Source: Pseudomonadota bacterium (GTDB lineage Bacteria; Pseudomonadota; Alphaproteobacteria; Caulobacterales; Caulobacteraceae). From it: DNA of 64,000 bases. Below are positions 59,733-64,000 of the stretch, one piece after another; position 1 is the stretch's first letter; the number at the start of each line of letters is the position of its first letter. The notes beneath the pieces are model-generated. The model ran no database searches. It was given only the letters and a program-made list of their open reading frames with translations, and was not told the DNA's origin. The stretch covers positions 952 through 64,951 of the forward strand of contig JAKBBV010000009.1 in the NCBI GenBank assembly GCA_021808285.1. The letters run 5' to 3'. Position numbers and translations under genes: made by a program.

Positions 59733-60761
59733 TCAGGGGGCCGGGACGAGGTCGCCGCAGATGAAGGCGGTCTCGCCGGCGTCGAGCAGCCGCGCCAGGG
59801 TCTCCTCCGCGGCCTCCGGTCCGACCACGAGCACCATGCCGACGCCGCAGTTGAAGGTGCGGCGCATCTCCCCGACCGCGATGCCGCCTGTCTCGCTGAG
59901 CCACCGGAACAGCGGCGGATCGCCAAGGGAGGCCCAGTCGAACCGGGGCGACAGGCCCGGGGAGATGGCGCGCGGCGGGTTCTCGATCAGTCCCCCGCCG
60001 GTGATGTGGGCGGCGCCCTTGAGAAGGCCGGCCTTGGCCAGGGGCAGGACGCTCTTCACATAGATCCGCGTCGGCTCGAGCAGGGCTTCGGCCAGGTTGC
60101 GCCCGGGGGCGAAGGGCGCCGGCGCGTCCCAGGCGAGGCCGCTCAAGGCCACGACCTTGCGGATCAGCGAAAAGCCGTTGGAGTGGGCGCCGGACGAGGC
60201 CAGGGCGATAAGCATGTCGCCGGCGGCCTGAGAGTCCAGCCTGGGCAGAACGCCGTCGCGATTGACCGCACCCACGCAGAAGCCCGCCAGGTCATAGTCG
60301 CCCTCCCGGTACATTCCCGGCATCTCCGCGGTTTCTCCGCCCACCAGGGCCGCGCCCGCCTGCAGGCACCCCTCGGCTATGCCGGCGATGATCTCCGCGG
60401 CCTCCTCGACCTCGAGTTTCCCAGTGGCGAAATAGTCGAGAAAGGCCAGGGGCTCGGCGCCCTGAGCGAGGAGGTCGTTGACACACATGGCGACCAGGTC
60501 GACGCCGACGCCGCCATGGCGTCCCGCCTCGATCGCCACCTTGAGCTTGGTGCCGACTCCGTCGGTGGTGGTCACCATCAAGGGATCGTCATAGCCGGCG
60601 GCGCGCAGGTCGAAGAGCGCTCCAAAGCCTCCCAGGCCCGCGTCAGAGCCGGGACGGCGAGTCGCCCTGGCCAGGGGCTTGATTCGCTCGACGAGCGCGG
60701 CGCCAGCGTCGATATCGACCCCGGACTGGGCATAGGTGAGGGAATTGGCGGTGGACGTCAT
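59733..60761 (-). CDS. purM: Phosphoribosylformylglycinamidine cyclo-ligase
   Basis: [44 protein letters not shown]. Confidence 0.98.
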   Translation of the reverse strand: MTSTANSLTYAQSGVDIDAGAALVERIKPLARATRRPGSDAGLGGFGALFDLRAAGYDDPLMVTTTDGVGTKLKVAIEAGRHGGVGVDLVAMCVNDLLAQGAEPLAFLDYFATGKLEVEEAAEIIAGIAEGCLQAGAALVGGETAEMPGMYREGDYDLAGFCVGAVNRDGVLPRLDSQAAGDMLIALASSGAHSNGFSLIRKVVALSGLAWDAPAPFAPGRNLAEALLEPTRIYVKSVLPLAKAGLLKGAAHITGGGLIENPPRAISPGLSPRFDWASLGDPPLFRWLSETGGIAVGEMRRTFNCGVGMVLVVGPEAAEETLARLLDAGETAFICGDLVPAP

Positions 60762-60848
60762 GGAGGGCCTTGTGGGTCTTCCGGGGGGTTAGGGCAAGGC
60801 GAGGTCATCGACTTGCGGAACGGAGCGCGCGAACGTCTATAAGGCTCC

Positions 60849-62018
60849 ATGACCGTCATCACCACCACGCACGCCCTTGAGGCGTTCTGTCGCGAGATTT
60901 CCTCCGCTCCCTTCGTGGCCGTGGACACGGAGTTCATGCGGGAGACGACCTATTGGCCCAAGCTCTGCCTCATCCAGGCGGCGACGCCGGACCTGGCGGC
61001 GGCGATCGATCCCCTGGCGCAGGATATCGACCTCTCCCGTTTCCTGGACATCCTGCGCGACGCCAGGATCGAGAAGGTTTTCCACGCGGCGCGCCAGGAC
61101 ATCGAGATCTTCCACAATCTGGAGGCCATTCCACAGCCGCTGTTCGACACCCAGATCGCCGGCATGGCGGCGGGCTTTGGCGAGCAGATCGCCTATGACG
61201 CCCTGGTGCGTCAGATGCTGAGGCTGGAGATCGACAAGTCGAGCCGGTTCACCGACTGGTCGCGACGCCCCCTGAGCGCGGCGCAGATCGACTATGCCCT
61301 GGCCGACGTCATCCATCTGGCGACCCTGTATCCCCGACTGCGGGCGCAACTGGCCGAGAGCGGCCGCCTCGACTGGGTCGGCGAGGAGATGGCGGCGCTG
61401 ACCGATCCGGCCCTTTACGACACCGATCCGGAGCGGGCCTGGCGCCGGCTCAAGCCGCGGCGCCACACGGCGCGCTATCTGGCCGCCTTTCGCGCCGTGG
61501 CGGCCTGGCGCGAGCGCACGGCCCAGCAGCGCGACCAGCCGCGCGGCCGGATCCTCAAGGATGAGGCCATCGATGAGCTGGCCACCCAGGCCCCCACCGA
61601 CCTGGAAGCTCTCTCGCGCCTGCGCGCGGTTCCCAAGGGCCTTCCGGGGTCCAGGTTCGGCGCCGAGATCGTCGAGGCGATCGCCAAGGCTCTGGTGGAT
61701 CCCGAGGCCTATGCCCCGAAGATCGATCGCGAACGGGCCCCTTCGCGTCCAGCCTCGGGCGCGGTGGTTGAGCTGCTGAAGGTGCTCCTCAAGGCGCGCG
61801 CCGAGGAGTCGGGCGTGGCCTCCAAGCTGATCGCCACGGTCGCCGACCTCGAACGCATCGCCGCGGAGGGAGAGACGTCCATACCGGCCTTGGAAGGCTG
61901 GCGGCGGGCGGCGTTCGGCGAGGATGCGCTACGGCTCATGCGCGGCGAGCTGGCCCTGGTCCTGGATGGTTCGCGCCTGCGGGTCGTGGAGGTGCGCCGC
62001 GCGCCCCGGGCGGAGTGA
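60849..62018 (+). CDS. rnd: Ribonuclease D
   Basis: VDTEFMRETTYWPKLCLIQ, FHAARQD, DTQIA, FTDWSRRPL, YALADV; HRDC domain. Confidence 0.96.
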   Translation: MTVITTTHALEAFCREISSAPFVAVDTEFMRETTYWPKLCLIQAATPDLAAAIDPLAQDIDLSRFLDILRDARIEKVFHAARQDIEIFHNLEAIPQPLFDTQIAGMAAGFGEQIAYDALVRQMLRLEIDKSSRFTDWSRRPLSAAQIDYALADVIHLATLYPRLRAQLAESGRLDWVGEEMAALTDPALYDTDPERAWRRLKPRRHTARYLAAFRAVAAWRERTAQQRDQPRGRILKDEAIDELATQAPTDLEALSRLRAVPKGLPGSRFGAEIVEAIAKALVDPEAYAPKIDRERAPSRPASGAVVELLKVLLKARAEESGVASKLIATVADLERIAAEGETSIPALEGWRRAAFGEDALRLMRGELALVLDGSRLRVVEVRRAPRAE

Positions 62019-62021
62019 GGG

Positions 62022-63548
62022 TCAGCCCACGGCCTTGGCCAGCTCCGGGGCGAGGGTCCGCAATTTGAGGTCCTTGTTCAGGAGCGCGGCCAGGGTCTGG
62101 GCGCGCTTGGTCGTCTGATCGCCCAGCAGGATGGCGCTCCATTCCGGCTCGGTCTCCACCACGAGGCTGTTGGCCTTGATCTGCAGCCGGCACTTGTCGA
62201 TCAGCTCCGCGCTCCGGCCCGAGAGGTCGCAGCCGAGCCGAATCGCGGCGCCCAGGGCGCGGGCGCGGATCTGACGCTCGGGGCTGAGAAGTCGATCGAT
62301 GATTTCAGACCCGGGCGGCTGGGCTCGGGCCGTGTGGCGGGCGAAGGCGGCCTGGGCCAGGAAGGCGCGCTCGGCGTGGTCCATCCCGGCGATGGGTGCG
62401 CGCAGGGTCTGTTCGAACACCAGATCGGCGCGATGATCGGGGTGAAGCTGGGCCCCGAGCTCGGCCAGGCGACAGGCCGCCGCCAGGAGCACCGGCTCGC
62501 GGCCGCCAAAAACCGGCTCCAGACGGGAGAACGCCGGGGCGAGCCAGGCTTCCAGAGCGCGGCCAAGATCTTCGGCCACCGGACCTCGCCCGCCCAGATG
62601 GGCGCAGCCGGCCACCAGAGGGTCCTGGGCCTGGATCTCCCGGCTCATCGCCCGCCACAGGAGACCCTCGCGCAAGCCGAAGGCGGAGAGCGCGACGGTC
62701 TGAACGTCCAGGTGCTCGATCAGGCCCTGCAGGACGGCGGCGGCGTGCGGCAGGTCCTCCAGTCGGCGTTTGGAGATGCCGGGGATCCGCTCCAGAGAGC
62801 CGCGCGACTGCTGACTGATGAACCGGGTCGCGTCCAGGGCCTCGCGCCGGGCGATCTCATACTGGTGCACCACCTCCAGAGGGTAGTCGGCGAGGCGCAT
62901 CTGCAGGAGGGCGAGGTTGCGCCAGGCCCCGCCGACGGCGTGCAGAACCTCGGTGCGATAGTGCGCGGCGATCGGCCACAGCTGCCGGTCGACAAAGGCG
63001 CGCACCTTCAAGGGGTCGAGCCTGGTCTCGGGACTCAGGGAAAAGGGTCCGAGCGGCAGGGTGACGCCCGGCTCCGGGCCTTCGGGCCCCAGGCGGATCA
63101 GCTCCAGGCTGGCGCCTCCCAGATCGCCCACGAGTCCGCGCGCTCCCGGGGCCCCGGCGAGCACCCCCATGGCGGAGGCCTGCGCCTCCTCCGCGCCGCT
63201 GAGGATCCGAAGGTCGAGGCCCAGCCGGTCCCGGACCCTGTCGCGGAAGGCCGGCCCGTCGGAGGCGTCGCGAACCGCGGCCGTGGCGGCGGCGAACACG
63301 TGCTGAGGCCTGGCCGCGTCGATCAGGGCGCGAAAGCGCGTCAGCACGGTCAGCGCCGTCTCGATCCCCGACGGCGAGAGCCGTCCCGTCCGCGCCAGGT
63401 CGCGTCCCAGACCCGCCAGGACCTTTTCGTTATAGACGCTCCAGATGGCGCGCCCGTCGAGGCGATAAAGCACGAGGCGAACGGAGTTGCTGCCGACGTC
63501 GATGACGGCGGCGTCGCTGTGGGTGGGTCTAGCGCTTGGGGCCGACAT
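62022..63548 (-). CDS. ppx: Ppx/GppA exopolyphosphatase
   Basis: [36 protein letters not shown]; C-terminal HD-like region. Confidence 0.93.
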   Translation of the reverse strand: MSAPSARPTHSDAAVIDVGSNSVRLVLYRLDGRAIWSVYNEKVLAGLGRDLARTGRLSPSGIETALTVLTRFRALIDAARPQHVFAAATAAVRDASDGPAFRDRVRDRLGLDLRILSGAEEAQASAMGVLAGAPGARGLVGDLGGASLELIRLGPEGPEPGVTLPLGPFSLSPETRLDPLKVRAFVDRQLWPIAAHYRTEVLHAVGGAWRNLALLQMRLADYPLEVVHQYEIARREALDATRFISQQSRGSLERIPGISKRRLEDLPHAAAVLQGLIEHLDVQTVALSAFGLREGLLWRAMSREIQAQDPLVAGCAHLGGRGPVAEDLGRALEAWLAPAFSRLEPVFGGREPVLLAAACRLAELGAQLHPDHRADLVFEQTLRAPIAGMDHAERAFLAQAAFARHTARAQPPGSEIIDRLLSPERQIRARALGAAIRLGCDLSGRSAELIDKCRLQIKANSLVVETEPEWSAILLGDQTTKRAQTLAALLNKDLKLRTLAPELAKAVG

Positions 63549-64000
63549 GTCGAAGCGCGCGCGGCAAGTCTTTCACCTTCTGCCCCCGACCCGAGAGCGA
63601 CGGGTTGGTCATGAAATATTCGTGGGCGGAAAAGGCGCCTTTGCCGTTCCAGCCCGGCTGTCGGCGATAGTCCCCCGCCTCGTCCAGGACCCAGCTTTGG
63701 GCCTCATCGTTGAGATTCGCCACCAGGATCTGCTGCAGCACCTGCTGGTGCACCGTCGGATTCTCGATCGGGATCAGGGCCTCCACCCGGCGGTCGAGAT
63801 TGCGCGGCATCCAGTCGGCGGAGGAGATGAACAGCTTGGCCTCCCGGGAGGGCAGGGGCCGGCCATTGGCGAAGGCGATGATCCGCGCGTGTTCAAGATA
63901 GCGGCCGATGATGCTCTTGACCCGGATGGTCTCCGACAGACCTGGAATGCCGGGCCTCAGGCAGCAGACGCCCCGCACCACCAGCTCGATGGGGACCCCG
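63529..64000 (-). CDS. ppk: Polyphosphate kinase 1, C-terminal part (5'-truncated by window edge)
   Basis: [38 protein letters not shown]. Confidence 0.95.
   Translation of the reverse strand, partial: GVPIELVVRGVCCLRPGIPGLSETIRVKSIIGRYLEHARIIAFANGRPLPSREAKLFISSADWMPRNLDRRVEALIPIENPTVHQQVLQQILVANLNDEAQSWVLDEAGDYRRQPGWNGKGAFSAHEYFMTNPSLSGRGQKVKDLPRALRHVGPKR

Overview
High-GC alphaproteobacterial chromosome, most likely Caulobacteraceae (inferred from gene order, protein style and a CIR-type intergenic repeat). Almost all of it is core housekeeping DNA, in this order: yfgM-bamB-der; SDR-purF-cvpA-radA-dnaB; rplI-rpsR-rpsF; a peroxiredoxin; fabD-fabG-acpP-fabF-mltG-gmk; rsmA-surA-lptD-lptG-lptF; lipB; tRNA-Leu(GAG); ivd; an AmpG-like MFS; tRNA-Thr(TGT); a Coq4-like gene; metG; nuoG-N; DUF885; birA; an OFA-type MFS; coaX-rnj-mce-DUF1467-proS-lolE-lolD; msrB; pccA-pepA-holC; ABC-F; ndk; purM; rnd; ppx; and the 3' end of ppk. 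I found no CRISPR array, integrase, transposase or defence genes, and I cannot claim a complete new multi-gene system. The features most worth a second look are: (1) ten TGGC motifs repeating every ~11 bp (22-bp dimer unit) in an AT-richer gap between two inward-facing tRNA 3' ends; (2) a frameshift in nuoN at a C9 tract; (3) an unlisted 59-aa ORF joined to both mltG and gmk by ATGA overlaps where yicC usually lies; (4) a 116-bp CIR-like element that supplies the lolD stop codon and lacks GANTC sites; (5) a Coq4-motif orphan gene; (6) a split nuo operon inside a ~30-kb block separating lptF from pepA; and (7) several clean gene absences from conserved clusters (alr, yicC, pdxA, purN). Start codons adjusted from the ORF track are my judgement.
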